Notes: generated by a model not told the origin, from the letters alone. A DNA stretch of 63,746 nucleotides, filler included, from Octopus bimaculoides (GCF_001194135.2; 6 parts of 5 records of this genome joined end to end with filler, not necessarily neighbours in it), one strand, 5' to 3'. Shown: positions 14,018 to 26,996, counted from the first letter of the whole stretch. A program made the numbers and translations.

Positions 14018-14584
14018 TAGATAATGTAGACAGCCTAAATCGATTTTCGAACCTAATTGGGTTCCCATGATGAAGAAATATGTAAACACACAGACTGGCA
14101 CTACGTCGATTAAGACTATAAGTGTTCCAGTTGAACCGATCAAGAGAACAACCTAATTGTGAAATTAATGTGTACGTGACTGAGCGCTCCACAGACACAC
14201 GTGTACTTAACGTAGTTCCCGGGGATATTAGGCGTGACAAGGTTGGCCTTTTCAAATACAGGAACAACTCATTTTTGCCATCTGAGTGGAGGGGAGCAAT
14301 GTGAAATAAAGTGTCTTGTTCAAGGACACAACAGGCCGCCGGGTATCGAACTCACGACATTACGAACGTGAGCCGAATACTAACTATATACACACACACA
14401 TATACACACATATATATACACACTATATACACACATATAAACACGCGTGAAAGAATGTATACAGTGGTCTAGGGTTGGTAGGCAAGTTGTTAATAAATAT
14501 ACTTATGTCCGCTCAGTATTTATATATGTAACCTAGCTACACATATATACACCCTGTCATCAAAGCACAGGGATGTTTCGTGCC

Positions 14585-14644
14585 CAACAGAGTGAGGAGC
14601 ACTCCGTTCAATTTCGCCTGGTCGTTACTAGCTCATCAGCGCTG
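14585..14644 (-). ncRNA. Candidate type I hammerhead ribozyme (degenerate)
   Basis: Minus strand: CAGCG-CTGATGA-GCTAGT(AACG)ACCAGGC-GAAA-TTGAACGGAG(TG)CTCCTCAC-TC/TGTTG; one mismatch in helix III next to the core. Confidence 0.45.
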
Positions 14645-14821
14645 TTTAATTCATCGGTTCTCCTGAGAGATGCAGTAACGTACTTTTACTTATGGTAGAC
14701 TCGTAAAGCAACAAGTACTGCTCGTTTGCATATCATTTGCATATTGTTATAAGCCTTGACGATGGGAATTCATAAACTACATTTTTTTTATCAACAACCA
14801 TGTTGTCTGAAAAAGTTTAAG

Positions 14822-15228
14822 CATTGCACAATGAAGAAGAAAGGAAAATGAAAACAAAATGGAGTAGAAGAAAGAAGTAAAAGAAGTAAAAGAATAAAAA
14901 GAGGAAAGAGATGTTGGTGATAGAGGAGAGGAAGAAGTAAGAGGTATAAAGATGAGAATAAAAATAAAGAAGAAATTAAAAAGAGAAGAAGAAAAGACAA
15001 AAATAAATAAAACAATATAAACAAGTGTAAATGAAAAACAAATACTAAGAATAAACTGAGACAAACAGAACGAGAGAAAGAGAGAGGGGGAGAGATCTAA
15101 GAGAGAGAGAGAGAGAAAGAGAGAGAAGGGGAGATAAAGAGTTAAGGAGTCAGAGAGAAAGAGAAATTGTTAAAATGAGAGAAAGAGAATTAAGGAGAGT
15201 GATGCAGAGCTAAAGAGAAAGACAGAAC

Positions 15229-15262
<34 letters not shown>

Positions 15263-15384
15263 AAGAAAGTGTGTGTGTGTGAAAGAAAGAGTTAAAGAGA
15301 AAGAAAAACAGAGCTAGAGTGAGCGAAAGAGAATGAGAGTGAGAAAGAAAGAAAGAAGAATAGAGCTAGAGCAAGAGAGAGCTA

Positions 15385-15466
<82 letters not shown>

Positions 15467-15468
15467 TA
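14822..15468. repeat. Polypurine (GA/GAA) low-complexity tract
   Basis: About 650 bp almost entirely purine on + strand, ending in a long (GA)n run. Confidence 0.9.
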
Positions 15469-17329
15469 ACAGCGCGAAGCCTAACACTGATTCAATTTCC
15501 CGCCAACCTACAAGCAGACGACAGTGTCGGCTGCTTCAATCAAATGTTTCCATGGAAAGGAAACGTTTAGCGACAATAAGTCAATTGGTAGCCATTATTC
15601 GAGTACGTCAAGCAAATTATTTGTGGAGGCGACATTAATGTGTTTGGTCAGAGTAAATCTGCCATGATTAGCTAATCGATACAATATCTGTTTATTGAAT
15701 ATTGCTGATAATAGTCCTGTTATGTAGCTTTGCGCCCATTACGTGCTCAAGTATGTGCATATGTATGTATATATGTTTGTATGTATGCATGTACATATGA
15801 CGAAATGTATGTTTGTTATGTACGTATGAGTATCTATAATTATATAGCTTTGCTCGTTGTGAATCCACTTTTTTGAATATTTATAATTCTATGTATGTAT
15901 GTATTTATACATGTAGGTGTGCGACGTGTATCTGTCTATCTAAGGACGATAAAGGAAAGCATGAAAATCACACACAAGGCGTATACATGTTCACCCCGTC
16001 AGTTTGCTATTTCTCTGCTTACGTCTCGCTCTCTCTTCCTATTTTTCTATGCGTATATCTCTGTATCCTTAAACCAGAGATCTGGCCCCAAGCGAGGGAA
16101 ACGCAGTGCGTTCTGTTAACTGCAATCAAGGTGGCAAACGATGGTGTTTATCCGAACCACGTCCCAAGTCAACCACACAAGCAGGCCATGGCGGGATTTG
16201 AACTTAAATTGCAAGGAACCGGGAAAATATCAGAAAGCATCTGGTCCGACGTTCTTACAGTTCCCCCAAACCACCATCCTACTTTGGTTTGGCAATTCTT
16301 TTTATCAATCCCGAAAAGAAGGTGAAAGAGCGTGGCCAAATGGTCAGGATTTTGTACTCATGATCTTATGATAGCGTTTTCCATTTTCGGACCGGGCACT
16401 GCGTCGAGTCCTTTAGGAAAACACTTCGTTTCATTTTACTCCAATTCATGAAGACCTAAGTGAGTAAACTTGCGACAGACTGGCGGGAATGTTATGATTT
16501 CAGTCACTTATACGCCATAGAAACCGGGCAACTGAGACAGCATTGTCTATGGAATGATGACAATGATTACAAAAGGATGAAAGGCAAAGTTAGCTTGATC
16601 TTAGAGAGTACAAAGCCGAGTTCCAGCAATAAATATCCCTGCTTTGGTACTTTTTTATTGACACCAAAAAAGATGAAATGCAAAGCTGTCCCCAGTAGAA
16701 TTTAGGCGCAATGAATCGATTCCCACCCATCCATCGTCCTGGGCTGGTACTTATCCACCAAACCGGAAAAGATAATACGCAAAGTTCAAGGCTTTTATGC
16801 TGGTCTCTATTACACAGGACAGTGCAACTGTGATGAAAGGAACAAATGAAAATCTTGTACCAGAATAGAAAAAGGTGAAGGTCAAACAATATTTTATTAT
16901 AGATATTTATTTTTTGTGCAGCTTTAGAAAAGACACGGTCAAATTTGCTGTGCAATTGGCCTCTACATCAATGCATCGCTTTAGTTCTCTGTCCCATCAC
17001 CGACTTTCTTTTTGCAGCTGTAACTGATTTTGACGTTGTTCCTGTTTATTAACTAATGTTACCTAAGTGGCTAGACGTCTAGCATCCTCAGTCAGGGATG
17101 ACCTGAGGGTCATCTTGTTTTAAATAACAAGAACAATAATTATCATCATAGTCTGTATCATCACCTCACGCCATTCCTATCATCATTGTCGTCATCATCA
17201 ACAACAACATAATTGCCATATTCTAATATTGGCAACATGAAATGTAAAACAAACAAATAATTAACCTGACTTTAGTTTCACTAAGAGAATTCAATTTAGT
17301 TTTTAGTTCACCGCTGCATCATGTGTACA

Positions 17330-17386
<57 letters not shown>

Positions 17387-17929
17387 ACACATATATATGC
17401 ATACCTGTATAACGCACATATATCCATATCTCTATATTCATATAAATACATATATATACATGCATAAATAACGTGTATATATGTGTGTGTATATTTATAG
17501 ATGTACATATAAACATGTGTGTGTGTGTGTGTGTGTGTGTGCGCACACACACACATAGTCCCAGGAGTTCCGACAACGTTCGTATTTAGTGGGTAGTTAC
17601 CAGTTTGGCTGGTTTCCATTCTGACAGACAGGTTTTGCCTTTCTATAAATTCTTCGTGTCTGTTGTTGTTGCAGTTGTTACTGCTGTTGCTGTGTTATTA
17701 TTATTGTTGTTGTTGTTATTATTATTATTGCTGCTGCTGTTGTTGCTGCTCCGGTGTATTGCTATCGTCTTCTTCCCTTTCACAATGCACGAATTTAAAA
17801 TAAAACGTGTCGAAATGTTCCATGTTATGTCATCCGCCCTTCCTTGCCGATAGTCGTGGCTGTGTGATCAAAGAGGAAAAAATAAAAAGCTCGCGTGATT
17901 TCAATTTCGATACCACCGCCACCATCGAG

Positions 17930-18490
17930 TGTTACCTTCGGCTAATACCATAAAATAAACCAGTTTCTGACTAGACAAATACTCGTTGGCATCGAGTCTG
18001 CCGTAGATATAGAGTGAACCGAGTAAAAGTTTTGTGAACAAGATTTGGTCACGAGAATCTGGAAAGAATATCGCCGGTGGAACCGTTTCTGTCCTCGAGC
18101 AGCGGGCTCAACATTTCACTCTGTTTAACACCACCACCACCAGGTCCTTAGGTGCCGTTAACGAAGTTCCCTAGTCTCTTTGTATTTTCTATTGCTATTC
18201 TAATGACCTCCACACAGAAACAGGATTTGGGTTTCGATAGCAGCCCTGAGCATTACCTTCTGTTGATATCATAAAATAAATCAATTTTTAACATACATGT
18301 TTTGGCATCGAGTTCTTTCACAGACATAGGGTCAACCATGTAAAAGCTTCGTGAATGAGTTTTGATGGCGGGAATCTCTATGGAGTATCGTTGGTGGGAT
18401 CGTTTCCGTCTTCAGTAGTAGACTCAATATGTCACCCTCTTTAATACCTGGTCCCTAGGAGCCGTTGATGAAGCCAACTCTTCTCTCTGG
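17930..18490. repeat. Two diverged tandem copies of an about 250-bp repeat, about 320 bp apart
   Basis: TTACCTTC...CATAAAATAAA...TTGGCATCGAGT...GGTCC.TAGG.GCCGTT.A.GAAG recurs at about 17932 and 18253. Confidence 0.7.
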
Positions 18491-18725
18491 CTTTTCTGTT
18501 GCTCGTCTAATGACCTTCGTTTCTCGTAGCTGCTTCTCCAACCCATTTGTCTTACCACCCCTGGTCACACTTGCTGATTCCACAACTCTCGACCCCTCGC
18601 TAAACATAATACCTAGCACTTCCACNNNNNNNNNNNNNNNNNNNNNNNNNNNNNNNNNNNNNNNNNNNNTTAATTAATTAANNNNNNNNNNNNNNNNNNN
18701 NNNNNNNNNNNNNNNNNNNNNNNNN

Positions 18726-18878
18726 CAGCATATCTCTAAAGGTCCTAGTCTCCTACCATTGCCTCTGTGAGGCCCAGTATTCAAAAGTCATGCTTCACCA
18801 CCTCATCCCATGTCTTCCTGGGTCTACCTCTTCCACAGGTTCCCTCCACTGTTAGGGAGTGGCACTCCCTTACACAGC
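18726..18878 (-). mobile_element. RTE-clade LINE 3' fragment (same family as 3440)
   Basis: Minus translation CVRECHSLTVEGTCGRGRPRKTWDEVVKHDF. Confidence 0.7.
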
Positions 18879-18882
18879 TTTG

Positions 18883-18920
<38 letters not shown>

Positions 18921-18926
18921 TATATA

Positions 18927-19162
18927 CAGGGTGGCCCAAAAGTAGGTTTACAGTTATCATGCAGGCACTTAAAATTTCTTTTAAAACATTTAATTACATT
19001 TAAATTTCTATCTTACAAACTGAAAAGAAAGCTTGACAAAATTAACTAAATTAACATAGAATAATAGTTTCATATTTTTTTTATAATTAAGATCTAAACT
19101 ATTAATATATGAATGCAACAAAGATAATTGAATAACTGTAAACCTACTTTCGGGCCAGCCTG
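18927..19162. mobile_element. Tc1/mariner-type MITE (236 bp)
   Basis: TIR CAGGGTGGCCCAAAAGTAGGTTTACAGTT / AACTGTAAACCTACTTTCGGGCCAGCCTG, TA on both sides, AT-rich interior. Confidence 0.9.
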
Positions 19163-19842
19163 TATATTATATTTACAAATGAAATTGAGGTAAGCTTTAA
19201 ATTGATATTAGTAGAGGGTGTACCCACTTCTGGCTTAGTATAAGCATAAACTACACACCTTTGAGTATAAGCAAATCTGTGTACAAACATCTATATATAC
19301 ATACATGCATAAACAAATGTATGTATAAACATAACCTAAAGGAATGCTCTTATGCAAATGAAGACATTTACATAATGCAGGTGTAGTAGTGTGAGGGGAG
19401 GTAATGAGAGAAGTCTTGATGTTAGCAGGGGAAAGCTCATTTTTCAAGTATGGAGGAGGGTGTATTTCTTGGGGTGGGGTTGAAGTAGGGGAGAAAATTA
19501 TACACATTAATGTGTGGCTGTATGGTTTTGAGAAGGTTGCTTCCCAACCATGTGGTCTTGAGTTCAGTTCCACTGTTGTGGTACTTTGAGCGAATGTAAT
19601 CTTCTATAGCATCAAGCTGACCAAAGCTTTGTCAGTGGATTTGGTGGATGGAAACTGAAAGAAGCCCATTGTGGTTGTGTGATAAGAAGCTTGCTTCCCA
19701 ACCACATAGTTCTGGATTCAGTCCCACTGTGTGGCACCTCTTCTGCTATAGCCTTAGGCTGACCAAAGCCTGTGAGTGGATTTAGTAGACGGAAACTGAA
19801 CCTCTTTAGCATTCAGATAACCCTGTCAAATGTAATACTTAT

Positions 19843-20307
19843 TTATTACCTCCATCTTAGCGAAAGCGGAGGTATTGTTTTCAGTAATGTTTGTTTGTTT
19901 CTTTGTCCATGGACAGAGATATCTCAAGAACTGCTGGATGGATTTGGATGAAACTTATTGACTGCCAGCGCAAACCTCTGTCAAGGCATCACCAACGTCC
20001 TCTCAATGATTAGCTAGAAATGATTTTTAAAACGAGAATATCTGAAATAAACTCGAGTGTTCTCACAAGCGAGATTACTAAAAATGAACCTGACTGCTCT
20101 CAAAGATTAAATTAAAAAAACCGGAAAATAATCCAGAATCCATGTCCGGTACCTGATCGATCCCAAAATCTAATCAGTTTGTGCCAGTCAGGAGGCCAAA
20201 TATCCCTGAAAGTTTCATCCGAATCCATCTAGCGGTTCTTGAGATACCTTGTCCACGAACAAACAAACAAACAAACGAACTTGACTTAACAAAGGCGGAG
20301 GTAATAA
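19843..20307. mobile_element. Non-autonomous TIR element (TTATTACCTCC...GGAGGTAATAA); superfamily uncertain
   Basis: Terminal inverted repeats plus subterminal inverted segment (ATCTCAAGAACTGCTGGATGGATTTGGATGAAACTT vs AAGTTTCATCCGAATCCATCTAGCGGTTCTTGAGAT). Confidence 0.8.
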
Positions 20308-21301
20308 AAATGCATTAGATTTGATAGAAAAATTTGAATACTAGAGGATCAAACAATGAGCAAAATCATGGGGCCATGCTACCAAGTTGTACTTGTAAGG
20401 GAAGGTTGTATTGGTGTTTCAGACATGTGAAAATGACCAGCAATTTTTCCTTAGTCATGTGTCTGTAGGTCACAGCTATTTTATGTAATGTTTTTTTTTT
20501 AGGTCAGTAATTGATAATCGTTTTTGTGTTTGTCATTCTTGTTTGTACAACTGGGAGATGTTTATCTGGATTTGTTTGTTCGTTAAGAGAGAATATGGGG
20601 GTGGAAGTGTCATCAGTATACATTCTTTTATTTTACTCGCTTCAGTCGTTTGACTGCAGCCATGCTGGAGCACCGCCTTTAGTCGAACAAATCAACCCCA
20701 GGACTTGTTCTTTTGTAAGGCTAGTACTTATTCTGTCGGTCTCTTTTTGCTGAACTGCTAAGTTACGGGGGTTGTAAACGCACTAACATCGGCTGTCAAG
20801 CGATTGTATGTATGTGTGCTGGGAGACAAACACAGACACACAAATATCATCATCATCATCGTTTAACGTCCACTTTCCATGCGAGCATGGGTTGGATGAT
20901 TTGTCTGGGGACTGGCGAACCGGATGGCTACACCAGACTCCAATCTGATCTGGCAGAGTTTCTACAGCTGGATGCCCTTCCTAATGCCAACCACTGAGAG
21001 TGTAGTGGGTGCTTTTTATGTGCCACTTGCACATACATGCATATATATACATGACAGGCTTCTTTCAGTTTCTGTCTACCAAATCCACTCACAAGGCTTT
21101 GGTCAGCCCAAGGTTATTATAGTAGAAAAATACTTACCCAAGGTGCTACACACACAGTGGGACTGAACCTGGAAGCATGTGGTTGGGAAGCAAGCTTCTT
21201 ACCACACAGCCACTCCGATGCCTAACTAAGGTACGGGATGCTTAACAACCAGCATCGGTTTTCAAGCGATGGTGGGAGGACAAACACAGACACACAAACA
21301 T

Positions 21302-21343
<42 letters not shown>

Positions 21344-22062
21344 GAAGTATATATATACATATATACATATACATATATTCGACAGGCTTCTTTCATTTTC
21401 CATTTACCAAATCCACTCAAGAGGCTTTGGTCGGCCTGAGGCTATAGTAGAAGTCACTTGCCCAAGGTGCCATGCAGTGGGAACGAACCCGGAACTCTGT
21501 GGTTTGTAAGCAAGCTACTTACCACATAGCCACTCCCACACAATCATTTGCCTGCATTTTTTCTTTTGTGTGTGTGTGTGTGTGTGTGGATGTGTAATAA
21601 AATAAATTCTTGGTGTTGAAGACATTTTCACTGCACTGCTGTACATGCCTTTGGTTATCTAATGCAAAAGAAAAAAGACAAAGCCAAACCAAACAGACCT
21701 ATCATGGTATTTAACTTGGCTGAACATGGTACTGCAATAGAAAAAAAAAGTGTTTATATGACCTTGTGAGGTATTCAGTAATTACGTCATTTATTGTACT
21801 TTTTTGGAGAAAAAAAACATTCAGTGGGACATTTTGTAAAATGCAATTAAGTTGTGAATGGTGGCTTAATGAATGAGGCTGTTCTAATTAGTCTTATCAT
21901 TTCTCATTTGTTGAATGTAATTGTTTACCATGTTTTTATATTTGAAACACTTTAATGTTACAATTTTTGCATTGTTTTTCATTTTTTCCTTTTTTTTTGT
22001 TTTGTATTTTTAATTCAGCCATTAATTAAAACTGGTGCTTCTTGCGTTCCATATTTTTTACC

Positions 22063-22492
22063 TTTTACTTGTTTCAGTCATTTGACTACGGCCATGTTGG
22101 AGCATCACCTCAAACGGTTTTTAGTTGAACAGATTGAACCCCCCCACCAAACATATACCATTTTTTTAAAAGCCTGGTATTTATTCTATTAGTCCCTTTT
22201 GCTGAACTGCTAAGTTACCAGGATGTCAACAAACCAACACTGGTTAAGTGGGTGGGGGTGGGGGTGAACACACACACACACACTCTATCTCTCACTCACT
22301 CTCTCACACTTACACATACTGTCTCTCTCACTCACTCACACACACACACACACACACACACACATGGGCTTCTTTCAGATTCCATCCATCAAATCCACTC
22401 ACAAGGCTTCGGTTGGCCCAAGGTGCCATGGAGTGGGACTGAACCCAAAACCATGTGATTGGGAAACAAGCTTCTTACCACATAGCCACGCC
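22063..22492 (-). mobile_element. SINE family 1 copy (diverged)
   Basis: Reverse complement of family 1; other minus copies at about 6470-7070, 11960-12325, 20630-21540 (two) and 31120-31635; plus copy at about 51540-51950. Confidence 0.8.
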
Positions 22493-23250
22493 TATGAACT
22501 TATATTTCTCTTTTCCTTCCATATTAGTGTGGGTTATCTATCTGTCTGTCTGACTGACTGTTTGTCTGTTTGACTGTCTGTCTGTCTGTCTCTGTTTGAC
22601 AGTCTCTGTCTGTCTGTCTGTCCATTTTCTCCACTCACTATTCCTGGGAGGAACTTGGGGGTAGGGTCATTAGGTACCTCCTCCATAGGGTCCTATCAAA
22701 ATCAGCCATCATTAAACATGCTGGTTGGATTCACAAACATGTCCACCTAAGACTATGCATATTAACCAACCCTTCTTGTTCTTGGCCTACTCTTAGGTTT
22801 CCTGCTGATTCACTTAGATTGGTGAAGCCATTTTATGATTCTTTCCTGTGAGATTCTAACCAAATGTCCGTAGAACGAAAGCTGTGACCTCTTTAAAACT
22901 GGCTCCACCTGGAGAAGACTCCCTGATCTTTTGAGTTACACATCCTGTTGAATAACATTAATGCAAAGAATTAAGGCACTGAGTTGGCGGAACCATTAGC
23001 ATGCCATGCACAATGCTTAGCAGCTTTATTTATGTCTGTCTTTATGTTCTGAGTTCAAATTCCACCGAGGTCAACTTTGCTTTTTATCCTTTCAGGGTTG
23101 ATGAATCACCAGTTGAAGAGGGGTAGGGGTGATCTCCAACCAAAATCGTTTCCTATATATTCACTATCTCTGTTTTACCCATCTTTTTTGTTTTGTTTTT
23201 GTACCACAAGGTTTAAGAATGTTTTTATTTTTTTACATTTTTTTTTTTAG

Positions 23251-23368
23251 CCATCCTTCATCATGCAGTTCAGCAGCAGAAATTATGTCCGTTTTGTTCT
23301 TCCATACTATGAAGTATGACATCAAGAATCCACGAGGAGCTTCAAACGACAGATTTATCCTCTCAAAA
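23251..23368 (+). CDS. TKT: Transketolase coding exon (first visible; equivalent to vertebrate exon 2)
   Basis: AG acceptor 23249-50, GT donor 23369; 118 nt, 1 nt + 39 codons: [39 protein letters not shown], matching transketolase HPTSC..AEIM.VLFFHTM...NDRF.LSK. Confidence 0.96.
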
Positions 23369-24399
23369 GTAATTAAAAATTTAACTTTTTTTTTTTTGTT
23401 GTATTTTTTAAAATTTTAATTAATTACTTGATTTATCATAAGTGGGACAATTTCACTGAACACAATCATTTCTAATACCCTGAAGCCAAATAATTGTCAA
23501 TGTATGGATACTTCTGATTAATTATAAAATGTAGCATTTAAATTGACAACATTGTAGAGGGTTTGCTAACATGCTACAAGACTCTCTTCTATTCAAACCA
23601 GTCTGCTTTCCTTGCTGGTTTGGGTTGGAGAGTTTGACAAGAGCTGGCATGTCAGGAACTGCACCTGGTTCTATTGTTTGTTTTTGGCATGGTTTTTACT
23701 ACCGGATGCCCTTCCTAATGCCAAGGATGCTGTTTATGCAGTACCAGCCTGGGTGTTTTTTATGTGGTGTCAAAGGATCGCAACAAACGGTTAGGTGCTG
23801 TGCTAGGAAAGACTCCTCTACCCCAGACAAGTGTGCAAATGTGGTAGTAATTAATGATGCTGAGGTTAATATCGGAAAATCTATGGTGATAACTTTTATA
23901 TAAAGGATGGCACAATAATTAAATCTTGTGACTGACTGCCACTGAGTATGTTTTTCTTCCATGATTTTTCTAAAAAGTGCAGTGTTAATTAGTTCTAACG
24001 AGCCGTATTCAAAGCTTTTTTGTGTAAAACATTTCAGACAATTTGTTTATCCATGCCTACCTGGTGTTCTTTGATACCAAAGACCACTCATTAAAATGCT
24101 CCACCATAGTTTTAGAAAAGAATCTTCCATTAAGATGTTCCAAAATATCAACTGAATTATTGAGGGAAGCTGGATTAGCTTTGATGAGTTTATATAATTT
24201 CTTTATTTTCAAAATTGAAACAAGACGATGCATCGTATTAGAAATATGAATCATGAAATTGTTGAAGATGAAATGGATTTTTAAAGAATTATTTCTCCTC
24301 TTATACACAAGTGAGACTCGAGCTACTACGAAAAAAGAGGAGCATCAGTTGGTTATGATGCAAGGGGCTATGGAAAGATTTATGATAAGAATATCCATA

Positions 24400-24778
24400 G
24401 GCGCTTGAGTGGCTGTGTGGTAAGTAGCTTGCTTACCAACCACATGGTTCCTGGTTCAGTCCAACTGCGTGGCACCTTGGGCAAGTGCCTTCTACTTTAG
24501 CCTCGGGCTGACCAAAGCCTTGAGTGGATTTGGTAGACGAAAATGAAAGAAGCCCGTCGTATATATGTATATGTTTGTGTGTCTGTGTTTGTCCCCCCAC
24601 CATCGCTTGACAACCGATGTTGGTGTGTTTATGTCCCCGTAAATTAGCAGTTCGGCAAAAAGAGACCGATAGAATAAGGACTAGGCTTCCAAAGAATAAG
24701 TCCTGGGGTCGATTTGCCCGACTAAAGATGGTGCTCCAGCATGGCCGCAGTCAAATGACTGAAACAAGTAAAAGCGAG
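24400..24778 (+). mobile_element. SINE family 1 copy in TKT intron
   Basis: Near-identical to 1299-1704. Confidence 0.85.
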
Positions 24779-25119
24779 AGTATGACGACATATTCAAAAT
24801 GAGGTACTTTGAGAACGGAATGAAGTGAACATAATTGCAGAATACCAGAAGCACCAATTCTACTGGGCTGGTACCACATTTTGCAAGGTTCACAGACAAG
24901 TGGACCCATGTAGTTCTGAGTTGTACCCAAGAGACTGGAAAACAGGTTATTTAGAAAGCTTCCAATGATGGGAAGATGATTTGATTAGATGATTTGGGCA
25001 AAGATGGGGTTTATTTCAATTTATAATTAAAAAACGTTTAAATTAAACAGAAAAAAAGAATAAAACAAAAAATGATCAGTCGTTGCTTGTATTAAGTGTG
25101 CTTATAAAATTATTATCAG

Positions 25120-25233
25120 GGTCATGCCGCTCCCATTTTGTATGCTGCTTGGGCAGAGGCTGGACTTTTCCCTACGGAGGACTTGTTGAATTTGCGTAAA
25201 ATTACAAGTGATCTGGAAGGCCATCCCACACCG
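25120..25233 (+). CDS. TKT: Transketolase coding exon
   Basis: AG/GT flanks; 114 nt; [38 protein letters not shown] (conserved GHAAP and GHP histidines). Confidence 0.97.
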
Positions 25234-26242
25234 GTAAGTTAAAACTTTTTTACATGTTTATAAGCAAAACCTCTGATGGGGGTCCAAGATGTAGCCTAAT
25301 GATGTATGTAGAGCTGATCAGCTGTAGCTGAAGCCAGATTATCAGCATATATGAAATCACTTCTGTTTTGTTTTGGCTGGGGTCCAGCCCTAAGATGTTG
25401 TCCACTGTCACGACAAAGAGGAAAGGTTCTAGAGAGAAATTCTTACTGTTTGGTTGGTTTGTCTGTACTTTGTCTGCAGCAGTGTTCATCATCATCATCA
25501 CTGAATGTCCATTTTCCATGCATGCATGGGTAGGACGGTTGACAGGAGCTAGCCAGGTAGAAAAACTACCCCAGGCTACTGTGTCTGTTTTGGCAGGGAT
25601 TTTACAGCTGAATGCTCTTCCTAACACCAACCACCCTGCTGAGTGGACTCTGTGCTTTTTACATGGCACTAGCAGAGGCGAGGTTAGTTTTGGCATTATT
25701 TTTACAGCTGGATGCTCTTCCAAATGCCAACCACATTGCAGTGTGGACTGGATGCTTTTAACGTGGCACCAGCACTGCCAGGGTAACCAAGTAACTTACA
25801 AGAAAAGGAATTATGAGAGGGATAGGGGCATTTGAGGAGGGAAACTGGAGTCAGAGGATGTAAAGCGAGAGTGACAAAGAGACAGTTAGAATTGCAAAAT
25901 ATATTCATCATAATCTTATGTACAAGAGTTCTAATTTTTTTCTTTTTTGCTTCATAAACTTTTTCTAGAACAATAATCTTGATATTAAAGTTAATGTATT
26001 GTTTAATAGTGTATATAATTGAGAGACAAGGGATGGTGAGAAAACTGTGAACGGATGAAAGGCAAAGTCGACCTTGGTGGAATTTGAACTTAGAACATAA
26101 CGGGCAGACGAAATACCGCTAAGTATTTCTCCCAGTGTGCTAACGTTTCTGCCAGCTCGCTGCCCTAAGCAGAAGGAATATTGTTTAACAAAAAACTTGG
26201 TTGTATGGATTTTAAGAATTGTTCCTTTTTTATCTGTTGTAG

Positions 26243-26340
26243 CGTCTGAATTTCATTGATGTTGGAACAGGCTCTCTTGGACAAGGTTTGAGCATTGCTG
26301 CTGGAATGGCATACACTGGCAAATATTTTGACAAGGCTGA
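26243..26340 (+). CDS. TKT: Transketolase coding exon
   Basis: AG/GTAAGT flanks; 98 nt; [32 protein letters not shown] + 2 nt (TGSLGQG motif). Confidence 0.97.
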
Positions 26341-26617
26341 GTAAGTATGGTCCTTCTTTCACTTTTTATACAGCAGTCTTTATTTAACCTCATTTTTTTT
26401 TTTCCATCTTTTCCTTGTTTCTGTCATTAGACTGTGGCCATGCTGGGGCACCACAGAGAAGGTTTTAGTTGAAGGGATCGATCCCAGTACTTATTTTCTT
26501 TCTTTTAAGTTGATAATCCACCACTGTGATTATTTTATTGACATTGGAAGGACAGTTGACATAAGCGTAAAAGGAAGTAACCAGGAGCAAAGGGCTATAA
26601 TTTACTCAAAGTATATA

Positions 26618-26744
26618 CAGGGTGTCCACAAAGTCTGGGTACATGGAGTAAATAAAATCGTAACATAAACAATTAAATATAAGAAATAATAATTTCTTAA
26701 AGTATGTATTAATCCTCATGTACCCAAACTTTGTGGACACCTTG
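26618..26744. mobile_element. Tc1/mariner-type MITE (127 bp) in TKT intron
   Basis: TIR CAGGGTGTCCACAAAGTCTGGGTACATG / CATGTACCCAAACTTTGTGGACACCTTG, TA flanks. Confidence 0.9.
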
Positions 26745-26762
26745 TATAGTTTTTTTTATTGT

Positions 26763-26996
26763 GTCTGGGGAGAGTCATTCTCTTTTAGTGTGTTATTACT
26801 TAACACACACGCTGGTTCGATTTCCACTCATTTACTTATTTATTTTTTCTAAAATTTCCCTTGTGTCTTGCAACCTCTTCAATAGTCTGCAAGGCACAAT
26901 GAAAATTTTAGACAAATAAATAAGTAAATGAGTGGAAATTGAGCCAGTGTGTGTGTTAAGTAATAAGGCACTAAAAGAGAACGACTCTCTCCAGAC
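26763..26996. repeat. Near-perfect foldback (about 110-bp arms, about 15-nt loop) in TKT intron
   Basis: GTCTGGGGAGAGTCATTCTCTTTTAGTG...TTAACACACACGCTGG... is the reverse complement of ...CCAGTGTGTGTGTTAAG...CACTAAAAGAGAACGACTCTCTCCAGAC. Confidence 0.88.

Noticed and set aside
14468-14478. AACCCTA (minus) as a telomerase RNA template
   Set aside because: Only 7 nt, and it lies downstream rather than upstream of the structured region.
15496-15504. E2F-like TTTCCCGCC next to the GA tract as the TKT promoter
   Set aside because: Single short motif, separated from TKT by a scaffold linker, with no exon 1 nearby.
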